Source of the DNA: Lingula anatina
Taxonomy: Eukaryota > Animalia > Brachiopoda
Length of the DNA: 64,000 nt
Reading direction: 5' to 3'
Assembly (NCBI GenBank): GCA_051362555.1
Contig: CM120640.1
Location: 26,930,003 to 26,994,002 of the forward strand
In this document: one piece after another, positions 13,767 through 25,623 of the stretch
Layout: every line of letters starts with the position of its first letter
How positions within the stretch are numbered: the stretch's first letter is position 1
Made by a program: the position numbers and the translations under genes
The notes under the pieces: model-generated
Told to the model about the DNA's origin: nothing
Databases searched by the model: none
Seen by the model: only the letters and a program-made list of their open reading frames with translations

Positions 13767-16365
13767 ATGTACAGACACAGATGTGTCTGTACATATTGCC
13801 ATCACCTGCGTCTGTCGTCGCCGATGCCGTCGCCGATGCCGATGCCGATGCCGATGCCGTCGCCGATGCCGTGCACTTTCCTTGTAAACACGATAAGTGG
13901 AGGACAGTTTTACTTTTTGGCTTTATATTTACAGAGCTGATGAATATTCATAAAACGCAGGTCAAGTTCGAAAATCAGCATGATCGGGCCATTATTGTAG
14001 AACTTATGCTGTTTTTTCACTTTTCAGCATATATGCAACCCTGTAAACACATTTTAAGGAACACCGTTAGGCCTGTTGTCATGAAACTCACAGGAGTAAT
14101 CAATCTTACTAAAACGCAGGTCAAGTTCGAAAATCGGCATGATCGGGCCATTACTTTAGAAGTTATGCTGTTTTTTCACATTTCCTCAGATTCAATTCTT
14201 AGGCATGTTAACAGTCTTATTATTTTACTAATAAGATACATAAAAGTGTTTGTTTGACATTTCCTGAATCTTTACAAAATTGTTAGTTGATTATGTAAAA
14301 ATGATGGTAAACTTGTTATCGTGTATTGTGTAATAAAGTGTCAAAAATGGAAATAAACTCATATCATTGCAGTTTGTCAGATGCAATCATTCACTATGTT
14401 CAGAATCTCAGGATGGAGGAAATTGGACATTTAACACTGTTGTATTGATATTTTTCCCATCTCATCAATTTTCTTAGTTGATCGTATAAAAATGGCAGTA
14501 ACCTGTTAATTTTGTTTATGTTAAAAAAATTGTTAAAAATGGAAAAAAAACATTTCAGAACAGTGCTGTCTTGTTTACATTTTGGCATTTTCAAGTTGTG
14601 ACTTTGAAGTTCCATGGGCCTGAAGACCTTTGCTAGTCACATTTTCTGAATATCCATGATACTAATATTTTATTATTAAAAATTGATGGTCATTAAGCTG
14701 TTTAACATTATGTAATATTGCATCAAAATTTGAAAAAAACTTATTTTGGGCACTGCTCCCATGATGACCATTTAAGAAAAACCATGTCACTTACTGTTCT
14801 CAAACAGTACAGTAAATATGTACAGATGTGTCTGTACATATTGCCATCACCTGCGTCTGTCGTGGCTGGCGTTGCCGTCACTGTCACTGTCACTGTCGCC
14901 GTGCACTTTCATTGTAAACGCGATAAGTGGAAGGCAGTTTTACTTTTTGGCTGTATATTTACAGAGCTGATGAATATCCATAAAACGCAGGTCAAGTCCG
15001 AAAATCAGCATGATCGGGCCATTATTGTAGAACTTATGCTGTTTTTTCACTTTTCAGCATATATGCAACACTGTAAACACATTTCAAGGAAAACCGTTAG
15101 GCCTGTTGTCATGAAACTCATAGGAGTAATCAATCTTACTATAACGCAGGTCAAGTTAGAAAATAGGCATGATCGGGCCACTATTTTAGTTATGCTTTTT
15201 TTTTTCACTTTTCAGCATATATGCAACACTGTAAACACAAAATAAGAAAAACAGATAGGCCAATTGTCAGTAAACTCACAGGAGTGGTCATTCCTGCTAA
15301 AACGCAGGTTGAGTTTAAAAATCAGCTTAATTGGGCCATTATTTTGAAGAAATGCTGTTTTTTCACATTTCCTCAGATTTAATTCTTAGGCATGTTAACA
15401 TGCATGTTTCATTATTTAATTAGTAAGATAAGTAAAAGTGTTTGTTTGGCATTTCCTGCATCTTTACAACATATGTAAAAATGATGGTAAACTTGTTATC
15501 TTGTATTGTGTAATAAAGTTTCAAAAAATGGAAATAAACTCATATCATTGCAGTTTGTCAGATTCAATCATTGACATTCACTATGTTCAGAATCTCAGAA
15601 TGGAAGAAATTGGACATTTAACACTGCTCTATTGATATTTTTCCCATCTCATCAATTTATTTAGTTGATCATATAAAAACGGCAGTAAACTGTTAATTTT
15701 GTTTTATGTTAAAAATTTAGAACAGTGCTGTCTTGTTTACATTTTGGCATTTTCAAGTTGTGACTTTGAAGTTCCATGGGCCTGAAGACCTTTGCTAGTA
15801 ACATTTTCTGAATATCCATAATACTCATCATTATGCTGTTAAACATTATGTAATATTGCATCAAAATTTGAAAAAAAAAAAACTCTTTTGGGCACTGCCC
15901 CCATGATGACCATTTAAGAAAAACCATGTCACTTACTGTTCTCAAACTTACAGGAAAGAAACATGGGACTAAAATACAGCTTCAGTAGGCAATGCAGTCT
16001 GTTTGGTAATTCTTACTGCCAGTTAAACAGTTTTTTTGTGAAAATTTAATTTTTCACATATTGGCATTTTCAAGGTGTAACTTTGAAGTTCCACGGGCTT
16101 GAAGACCCATGCTAGTCACATTTTCTGAAAATCCATGTATATTTTATTATTAAAAATTGACGGTCATTATGCTGTTAACCATTATGTAATATTGCATCAG
16201 AATAGAAGAAAACACAATTTTGGGTGCTGCTTGAGCATAATTAAAATTTGATGTTGAATTTGCAGTTTAACATAATGTACTTTTGCATCAGAATTGACAG
16301 TAGCCTATTTTGTGCATAGTTATTTCCTGTTTTTTGTCTGTACATTTGACAGCTTTGCTGCCTTG
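13767..16365 (+). mobile_element. Non-autonomous Helentron-associated (HINE/DINE-1-like) element, composite with two heads
   Basis: Follows a T-run. Order of parts: 5' hairpin ATGTACAGACACA-GA-TGTGTCTGTACAT (13767-13794), (GCCGAT/GCCGTC)n microsatellite, ~159-bp core repeats containing AAAACGCAGGTCAAGTTCGAAAATCAGCATGATCGGGCC, second truncated head at ~14818, 3' subterminal repeat TGTCTGTACAT plus short hairpin GACAGC-TTT-GCTGCC (16335-16362), then TTGTTT. Confidence 0.8.
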
Positions 16366-18618
16366 TTTCTATTTTAGCAACAAGTTCAAGCATACTGTCT
16401 AAATAAAAGACTGTTTCATTTTTTGAGGTAAGTTTATTTTTCAAATTGTCAGATTTTAGCAGTTACTTTTTGTCATAAGGTATACTGAAATGTGTATATG
16501 TGCACACACATGTATATACACGATATAGAGAGTTTAGACATTTCATTAAAATGATAGAGGAGATGATAATGAAACCTCAAAGAAAAAATGCAGCAAGAAC
16601 ATCAGTGCACACTGAACAAAGTATCATATTTTATATAATTACGTTGCAAGAGTGTTGCAAAGGTGATTAACATGCATGAACATGCAAGGTTTTTAGTCTC
16701 CATCGTAACTAAATTTTCAGTAGTGTAAGTCAATCAGTGTGCTTGCCCAGTTGCATGATTCAGTTGATTGAATATTGTTTGTAATTTTGTTTGCGTGACT
16801 TCTAATGGTATTGTCATTTTCATCTAGCGTGCTACTTTCAAAACTTGGTTTACTGCAGTGATTACATTTTTATTGCAATCTTCCAGGTAAATGATATCAT
16901 TAACAGGACCAGGGCATTGTTTGTTATACCAAGAATCACAGTCGAACAGGTAATTTTCTTTTACATCCTTTTTTGGTCATCATTTTATTTTCATTAACAC
17001 GATACAAGTGAGTAGGTTTTCAGAAATTCCTCTACGTATTCAGTGGCATTGACTACCTTTCATTTCATTTCCTATGTTTTATCACGCAAAATCAAACCTC
17101 TCAGCTGTATTTTATGTTTACATATATAAAGAAGATATAAAAGATGAACCAGCAGTCATTTGTGTGTCATTTGATGAGTTGTAGACTGTCAGTCATCTTT
17201 AACCCAAATCCTCTAACAGTGTACATTATTTCCATATTCCTTGGATTAGAAGAAAACTTCATTTAACGGATGTTGTATGCTTACATACGATATCTGTTAC
17301 TATTTTCATAGCAGTAACAACTTACATCTGTGTGCACGTGGTAACCTGACCGTGATCATGTGAAACCTTGCAAAACTCTTTTGCATTTACCATTAAGGTA
17401 TTGATAAATGAAAGAATTATGTCATGAATAAATTCATGTCATGTTATGCCATCTACATGTATCATGTTTTTGTCTTAATTTCAGGTCTAGATACCCAACT
17501 GGCCAACTGTAAAGCAATTTTTCCAAACACCTCACTGTAATTCTCACAAAAATACAGATATATTTAGTGTTTTCACACACATATAGGTTTTTGGTCACAC
17601 TTTCAAATTTTCATACAGAGCTCCCTTGTATTTGAGTTTCTGTGTGTCATTTTCACGATGCTGTCAATCATGTACATTCCTCATGTCATCTTACTTTCAG
17701 TCATTTTGCTAACACTCATTTCTACTCTCTGTAAAGCAATCCTCTATAATTGGATGGTTATTGCAATCATTACAATGACAGTTATAAAAACAGAAAAAAA
17801 ATGCTGCATGCGGTATTTACCTCTGGTAAAATACAGCTAGACAAAAACCCACTGATGCTCGTCTGTAGCAGAGACTGAGAGCTGTATTTATGTGTGAAAA
17901 TGGCAGTATATGTATAAAATCACTATTTAAACAGCACATTTAATAAGTATCCTGAGTTTGTTTGGGGCTAGTTGACTTCATTGGTTGGGCAGAGGATCTT
18001 GATTAGGTCAATCATAGCAGCCTAGAAATATGTCATAAATCTATAAATGTCTGTTAATGTGCTGATCAGTACATAGTCCTGCAATTTATGGTTTGAGAGG
18101 GAATTAATGTGAAAAATAGGAATGGAAATGTTTTGGAAAGTCTTTTCTAGGTAATTTTTGTTTCTGTTTCCTTCATTAAAAATATACGAGGAATAGTTTG
18201 GTGAATTTTCTTTTAGGACTTGATCACAGGTTCAGCTTACCTTGCCTGAAAATATTCATATTGATATATCAGTTGCATCCAATTCTTTAAATCTCTTATT
18301 TGGTTTCAGCATCAACCAAGTACAGTAAGGTATAATGTTGAATAATGCATAACATTGTATTTATGATAAATTCCCCCAAGATGCTATTGATCCAAGTTAA
18401 GCAATATAAAACCCACCATAGCATCAATTGAATTTCAAGGTAGGCTTCTATGGTGGAAGTATTTTTAGATTTAGTAATTATAGCATTACATTTTTTCATT
18501 GCTTAGATGATACAAATAACTTAGCATTGAAATATTTCATCTCTTTAAAAAGATTATCAAAATTCAAATGACTTAAAACACAGGTATATATACTAATAAT
18601 TCCCTCTGTCTGCTTTAA

Positions 18619-18832
18619 GGGCACATTCCCATAGATTTTAGATTGCTCTATCCCCGTGGGGAGTCTCACTAGTTTACTGTCAGATAATCCGGCTTAAATG
18701 TCCGTCCCACCTACTACAAGCTGTAGGGAGGTAATTAACTTTCGTGCCCGCTCGGCTGACAGCTATTTAGCGTGAACCCCCATGGAGTTAGGTCGATCTA
18801 GTTGGATCGATCTAATCTCTGGGAATGGGGTC
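18619..18832. mobile_element. PIF/Harbinger-like MITE
   Basis: Imperfect TIRs GGGCACATTCCCATAGATT / AATCTCTGGGAATGGGGTC with TAA on both flanks. Internal sequence (GGGGAGTCTCACTA..CCGGCTTAAATGTC) is shared with the copy at 52972-53222. Confidence 0.7.
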
Positions 18833-20986
18833 TAAGAGTAAATTGTTAAGTTCGGAATATACTAAGTAACCAATGGTGCCCATGAAAACATAGAATTGGA
18901 TTGTCTTGTTGCCATGGCTAACAAACAGTTGATACTGTGATAAAAGTCAAAGTAGGGGGAGCAGACAAAACCCTGACAACAGTCGACGAAATGGTCAAAC
19001 TTTCTCTCTAAAGATTTTAGATCTGCTGTAAAACTTTCACACTGTCTTTGTGTTGTTGTCATATGCCTTTTCTATTTTTCTCGTGAGCAAGTCACAACGC
19101 AGAACTTATCTTGTTTTGTTTCTGATATGAAGCAATTTTTGATTGATATGGAGACAATAGGGAAATACAAAAATCAGTCTCAAGCCAGCAATAATATGAA
19201 AATCCCCTTGAGAACAAAAGATGACTCCTTTGTAATCTTCTTAATATCTACACTTATTGTATCGTGCACATGGCATCAATTTCCCTACCTGCATCCTGTA
19301 GATGTATCCAAGAATTACAAACATAAGGTCAGCACAGTATTATCATAATGTAATCCTTTCTAGTGGTTTGGTAACCATGCATGGTACATAATATGTACAG
19401 GTTATCTGTCACAGCCATTGGTGAACTTTTTCTGACCAATTTTCCAGGAGGTAGTCTTCAGAATGAATCTGCATATACTCAGTTTGCAATCATTTATTTT
19501 CCATTCTTTGAATTGGTAAAGGTTGCAAACCACGTATGTTTGTATTTCAGCCCCATCTGTGAGTTGCTCTTATTAGCTAAAGTGCATTTTTTATGATACT
19601 CTGCTTGCCTCACAGTGTTGACACAATTAATTTTGAATGCATTCTTATCATATTTATTGGCATATCTCTTGGGAAATGAACACCCATTCAACACTGGCGC
19701 CAACAAGTAGAGGATGCGTGCTATTTTAGTGTATGCATGTGGGTTGTAAAACAATTTCCAATATAAAATATGTTTATCTACAAGGAAATTTGCAGGAAAT
19801 CAAACCAATCAAGGTATTGGTGTCTGGGGGGAAGAAAAAATTGAAAGGTCAGACAGAAAGGAAATATACATTTTACTTTTAGAATTGCTTTACATGGGAG
19901 TGAGATAAAATTCTCATTGAATTATTGCAGATTTAGGTAATTATAAAGACAATCATAGCAACTTGTTTGTTTTTTTAATCTATATTTATTTTTTGTGTTC
20001 AAAGTATGAAGCTTTTATCTATTACTTCACTTCATGGGTGTAGCAGTACCCAAAATTACTTACTTAAAAAATGCTAATAGAAAGCGAAATATAACTTTTC
20101 ATGGTTGAGCCATTAAAATTTTGCAGCAATTGCATGTGTTGACTATCAAATTGACAAGATTTATGCCATATTGTTTCAGTGCACCAGATTAAATCATGCA
20201 ATCCATGCAAACCATATCTTGACAATGAGGGACTTAGATGAGTAGGCTTATTGCTTTTCTAGATCATGGTTCATAGGGGAAAACAGATCAATAGTGTCTT
20301 AGATAGCTTCTGGGGATCACAAGCAATGCACATGCCTGGCACGTAAAGCTGAACACTAATTTAATCTAAAGGGCCTCAGTTGTAGAGAAGAGAAAGATTA
20401 TTAGAGTCATCCAGTAGCAATTTGGTCCTGTTTATTTTCTTTTGTTGTTGTTGTTGTTGTTGTTGTCAATGCCCACAACCTAATTTAGAACAAATTTTTG
20501 GATGGAGTGCTTTAATTCTAACTGAATTCTGTTGAATATGAGAGATTGCACCCCCTCTATAGAAGCCATTATTCATCTATTCATTTGCTCATTGAGGATG
20601 CTGCTTACTTATTTGTTAGTACTTTTTTTTAATCATTATTTGGTATCACAGTGGAAATCTATCTGTAGAATTAGATACCAAGTTGTATTAGTGCTCCATG
20701 AATTATTAACTATCCTCAAAAGCATATTGACAGGTGATCTCTAAATATTTCAAAACTTTTTCCTTACAGGAATTGAAAATCCACAAAAAGACAAATAAGA
20801 TGGCAAAACTGGTTTGGCATTTTGTATGGAATCAGCTTCAAGGCCACAATGTTTTACCAAGAATGAAGAATGACGGTGACAAGCGAGAAACATGTTGATG
20901 CCTCATTTTGTACCATGGATTGTTTTGTACATAATCATGAATGCCCATGATCATTGTTGCAGAAAAGCACAAGCAACTCTGAAGAA

Positions 20987-23900
20987 ATGGAGTTAAGTTC
21001 TGCTGTAAAAGGCACTAGTCCTTTGCCAAATCATGGCATTAAACGGCCTGGTGCTAAATATAGTATTAATGATAGTCCAGAAGAAGCCACCTGTGGCAGT
21101 ACAAGGCACTCATTGGATGTCAGAGTCAATGTGGCTGACAAGGAATTCTCGGATATTTCAGAGGCATCAGGGGAAGAAAATCCTGTGAACAGGCTACATA
21201 ACACTCCTTATAAAAGAATTGTGCACACAGCGCAGCAAAGTATGCTGGCCTTCATGGCAGTGACTTTCATTTATATCTTGGCAGCAATCATCGTGTGCTG
21301 TCCTATACTTGGGATAACATGCTTCATGCTACCTGTGGGTATGGCAGTAAAGCACAGTTTAGATGCGTGTGGATTTTGCTGCTCAGCGAGAACGTGCAGA
21401 TGTTACAAGGAGGAGCGCTTGTCTCATTCAGATGTTATGCTTTTGCATGAAACTCAAGAAAATAAGGCCATTTTTCAAACTATGCTGGTGTTGGAAGGTG
21501 GTTTACAAATAGGTAGACTGAGGGATATCATCAATTCCAGACTGATATGTGCACAAAATGAAAATGGCAGGTTGTACTACCCAAGGTTTAAACAGAAAGT
21601 AGTCTCTTTGTGTTGTGGATATGTTTGGATGGACGATTTAGACTTCAATATATCAAACCATATACGCTTAATGCCTAGCACCATCAAAGACTGCAAAGAC
21701 CTTCAGGAGTACATATCCCACATGTCATCTATGCAACTTTCATTTGAACGTCCACTGTGGGAAATTCAGGTGCTGGAATCTTTTGGAGAAAAGAAACAAA
21801 TGATTTTATTGCTGAGAACTCATCCAAGTCTATCTGATGGGATATCATTAGTGAAGATATTCCACAGAGCTGTCTCAGATAGCCAGTCTACTCTAGAACT
21901 CAAGGCTCCTTTTGGAAGTATATCTGTGATGTTCAACGTTTTAAGGTCTTTTGTGATTGGACCGCTGTGTTTCTTGACTTGTTTATTTGGCCGTAAAGAT
22001 AAAAACAAACTTTTAAAGAGGAAACTATCAGGGAAAAAAATTGCCATCTGGACAGAACCGTTCAGTTTGTTTGCAGCCAATAAAATACAGCAAATAACAA
22101 GAACCAAGCTTGGTGATATATTTTTATCTGTGACTGCAGGGGGGATAAGGTTTTACCTCCAGTCTTTAGGTGACAACCTGCCAACAGATATCAAAGCCAC
22201 CATTCCTGTAGATTTAAGAGAAAATGATAACTTTAACCTGGTTATGGGCAACATATATGCAAATGTACCCGTACAATTACCTGTGTCCACGGAGGGGGCC
22301 ATACCGAGGCTGTGGGATCTTAGTCAAATGATGGAGCAAACCCGAGACTCTGCTTTGCCTGTGATCTTGTATGTGGTATGGTGGAATTTATGTTATATTT
22401 TACCACTGAAACTCAGCAACATTCTGCAGGACATTATTATAGGAAAGACATCCTGTATTGTATCAAATCTGCCAGGGCCTAACCAGAAAATGAAAGTGGC
22501 TACTAAAGAGGTGAAGAGTATAGTATATTGGACTCCAACAAGGAGCAGTGTTGGACTCTCGGTTTCATTTTTCACCTATGGAAATGACATAAGAGTTGGT
22601 ATCTTGGCTGATGAAGCAGTGGTGCCTGACCCTAAGTTACTTGCAAAGTACTTGTCACAACAGGTAAGGGGATAAGTAACCTTACTGTGTTTTAATTAGA
22701 AGAGGATCACCAATGTATGTAACATGTTTTATACTGCATTTTAATGGTTTTACCCTTCTTATGTAGCATTGTTGATGAAATGACTACTTAAATACTGTTT
22801 AATGCAGCACCTGACATGTAACTTTCAGGCATACAGGTGTGTTTGCTGTTGTGGTGGTGAAAATAGAATAACTTTGGATATTGAGTTGTAGTATATAACT
22901 TAAGTTTGCTTGGATAAATTTAAGAAAAGAGATCAGAAAAGGTGTCATTTGGTAAGAGTTTTATCTTTGTTTTATTTTTAGGCTGGAATTATGTTGTTGA
23001 ATATTACATCAGCTGTTTTTTTTTCTTTATTTTCTATGCAGATAAACAGTCTGGAGAGCATGGTTGCTAACCGTCGTTTACCTGGAGAACACAGTAATCC
23101 TAGTTTTGTCTTAGGAGCTTCAATAGTAAACCAGGCAAAGCAGCCAACAATGGAAGAGGTGAGTAATAGCATCCCCCTTTGACTGAGATTGGGAAAGTTT
23201 AACATCACACGTTATGTAGAAGAAAAAAGCTGGAACTGTTTTAGTCACAATTTGAAAAGTAGTTCTTGTACAGAGTTATTTTTGAAACAGTTTGTGCAAA
23301 ATATGCTGATCACAGTATTTCAATTAGATAAATGCACAAATAAAATATTTAATAAGAAAGAGGAGGGATATTATAACTCAACAAACTTTAATATTGCTTT
23401 GAAAGTTCTTCCTGGAGACAATTTTTTTTTACTTCTGCCACAGCTCCAGTCACGTATCAGTGCTATCCAGTCTGAACTGACATCTCTAAAGGCCAAGTAC
23501 GAGACAGCAGATGACAGTGAATACGCAGGTGATCGGGAGCAGCTTGCCCAGCAGGTGGAAGTCTTGAAGAAGGAATTTGATGAACTACTGTCTCAGACCA
23601 AGAAAAAACGGGAAAGCTCCAACAGTACAAATGATGAAACAAATGTAATTCTTCTGTTATTTTGAAAGATTTTAATTAATTTAGTAAAATATACATTGGT
23701 TGTTTGGACATCTTTTTTTTTTTTTGCTCTGAAAATTTAAAATTGCATTTAAAGTGTATTGTTCAATTAGTAACAGTAACTATTTGCAGAAACTTTTAAT
23801 CCAGATTGTACAAATTCAACAGATCATATATTTGCAGTCTTCTCTTTGATCTTAATACCTTTTGTGTGCTTATTTCCTTGCTTCTACCTCTGTCTGTCTG

Positions 23901-24622
23901 TTCTCAGAAGGTCAAAAAAGGCACCAAAGGTCACAGTGCAGCTGACATGGGGGCAGTTCCTCAGATATCTCTTCCTTCCTCTCAACGTCCTCTTTCCACA
24001 TATTCTACTGATAGCTTGAACAGCAACCCCTCTGCTGACATTGAACAAAAGCAGTGTCTTGCCAATTTTATCTGTGTCAATTCTACAAGTCCTGTGCATT
24101 GCAGAGTAAGCTTACAAATATGATTACTCTGCATTGAAGAATTAGTTTCCAGATTTGTTAAAATCTTTTAGCATATGTACATTATTTTTTTTCAAGAGAG
24201 TGATAGAAATGTATAGTCATTAAGTAAATAACAGTGCTACTTGAAAGTGACAATATGTGGGTTTTTTATCATTATCTTAAATCTTACCATCTCCTTGAGA
24301 GATATCCTGCACTAATTTTGTAAGGCACACTCCTTTGTTTTGACACCCAGAGATGTATTTTCACTTAAACTAAATCTGCAGGTGCTTGATTGAAATTTAT
24401 CAAATGTTCCCCAACTGGGTTAATTTAAATCTAATGTTTTTTTTTTTTTTTTTTCTCAAGCCCGGGTCCACCTCCATGGCAGATGTGGAGATGAGTATTG
24501 AATTTCATGATCACCAGCATATGCCCTTGGAACAGATGGAGATGGAGGATGATTTTTCACCAAAAGTGGAAAGAAAAGGTCCTAACAAGTATTCTGCTGA
24601 GTTGAAAGTCTCTACTTTGTGA
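20987..24622 (+). CDS. Wax ester synthase/diacylglycerol O-acyltransferase (WS/DGAT family) protein with N-terminal hydrophobic segment and coiled-coil tail, ~784 aa
   Basis: Exons 20987-22663, 23042-23158, 23444-23644, 23908-24105, 24461-24622, all phase 0 and GT-AG. Family motifs: YPRFKQKV, WMDDLDFNISNHI, FERPLWEI, THPSLSDGIS (HHxxxDG-like), IPVDLR, MGN, SNLPGP, GLSVSFFTYGNDIRVGILAD. An in-frame TGA at 20948 fixes the first usable ATG at 20987. Confidence 0.88.
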
Positions 24623-25623
24623 AAATAATAGGAGGTAGCTCCCCAGAACCACATGGGACAGTTTGTTTTAAAAATCTATGGTTCTTTTTCACACTTACAT
24701 CTTTTAGGTTTGAAGTGCTATTGTATGTGTTGGTAAAAGGGTCCATCTGTCCAATGGGTCTTGAACCATGATATATTATATGTAATGAATACATGCATTG
24801 TACTACCTCAGCTAAACCGTTACCAGGAATGAGTTGATTATGTTAAAATATATTTGTGAGAAATTGCACAAATGGATTGAATTGTGTACTTAAATGACTT
24901 GATTACACCTTTATCTGATAAAGTGTATTTAAGTTCCTATGGCCTAACAGCATTCCTAGAAGATGACATGGTGCCATTTGTAATGGGCAGCATGACAGAA
25001 TCTCATTGCAGGTTAGTTGTGCAATGCTCATGACAGTGATTCTGATAGTGATAATAATCTTTCTTTCTTCTTATTTTTTATTTATTTATTTTTTTTTTGG
25101 GGGGGGAAGCTATCCATAAAAATCTCAAAGAACTTTACTAAATGGTTAAGTACATTCATACTAAGTCTTGTATTTGAAAAGACAGTGAGATGAAAACCAT
25201 TCAGTCAAAATGAAAAAAATATGAATTTCTTTTTAATGATAGTGATAATTTAATGAACAATCATCCATGTAAGTAGTCTTATACATTTCACATACTTGAT
25301 AAGTCTATAACTGGACTAATAAGCCCATAATTATAAAATTATGGAAACCTTGCACTTAATCCCATGCACAACATTTGATTTTTTTCTCCTTGGATGCATT
25401 GTCTTTCACATTCATCATTTTATTCTTCAGAAATTAGTGCGTAGCAGGCTACATTATAAACCTCACCCCAAGTTTATGCACATAAAATTTTGTTCTGTAA
25501 GATGCCCCAGGCACAGTGGCATCTTTACGGACATTGACTCAGTGAGTCCAGTAATAGATAAAATAATGCAAAATGTATATACCTACTAGTATGATAGTGA
25601 TGTTTCTAACAGGTCCATTGCAA

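Noticed and set aside
13724-15245. Recurrent 80-177-aa ORFs (also 38224, 40216, 56115) resembling a repeated gene family
   Set aside because: They are translations of the HINE hairpin, microsatellite and core repeats; starts and stops differ between copies and there is no transposase or helicase motif.
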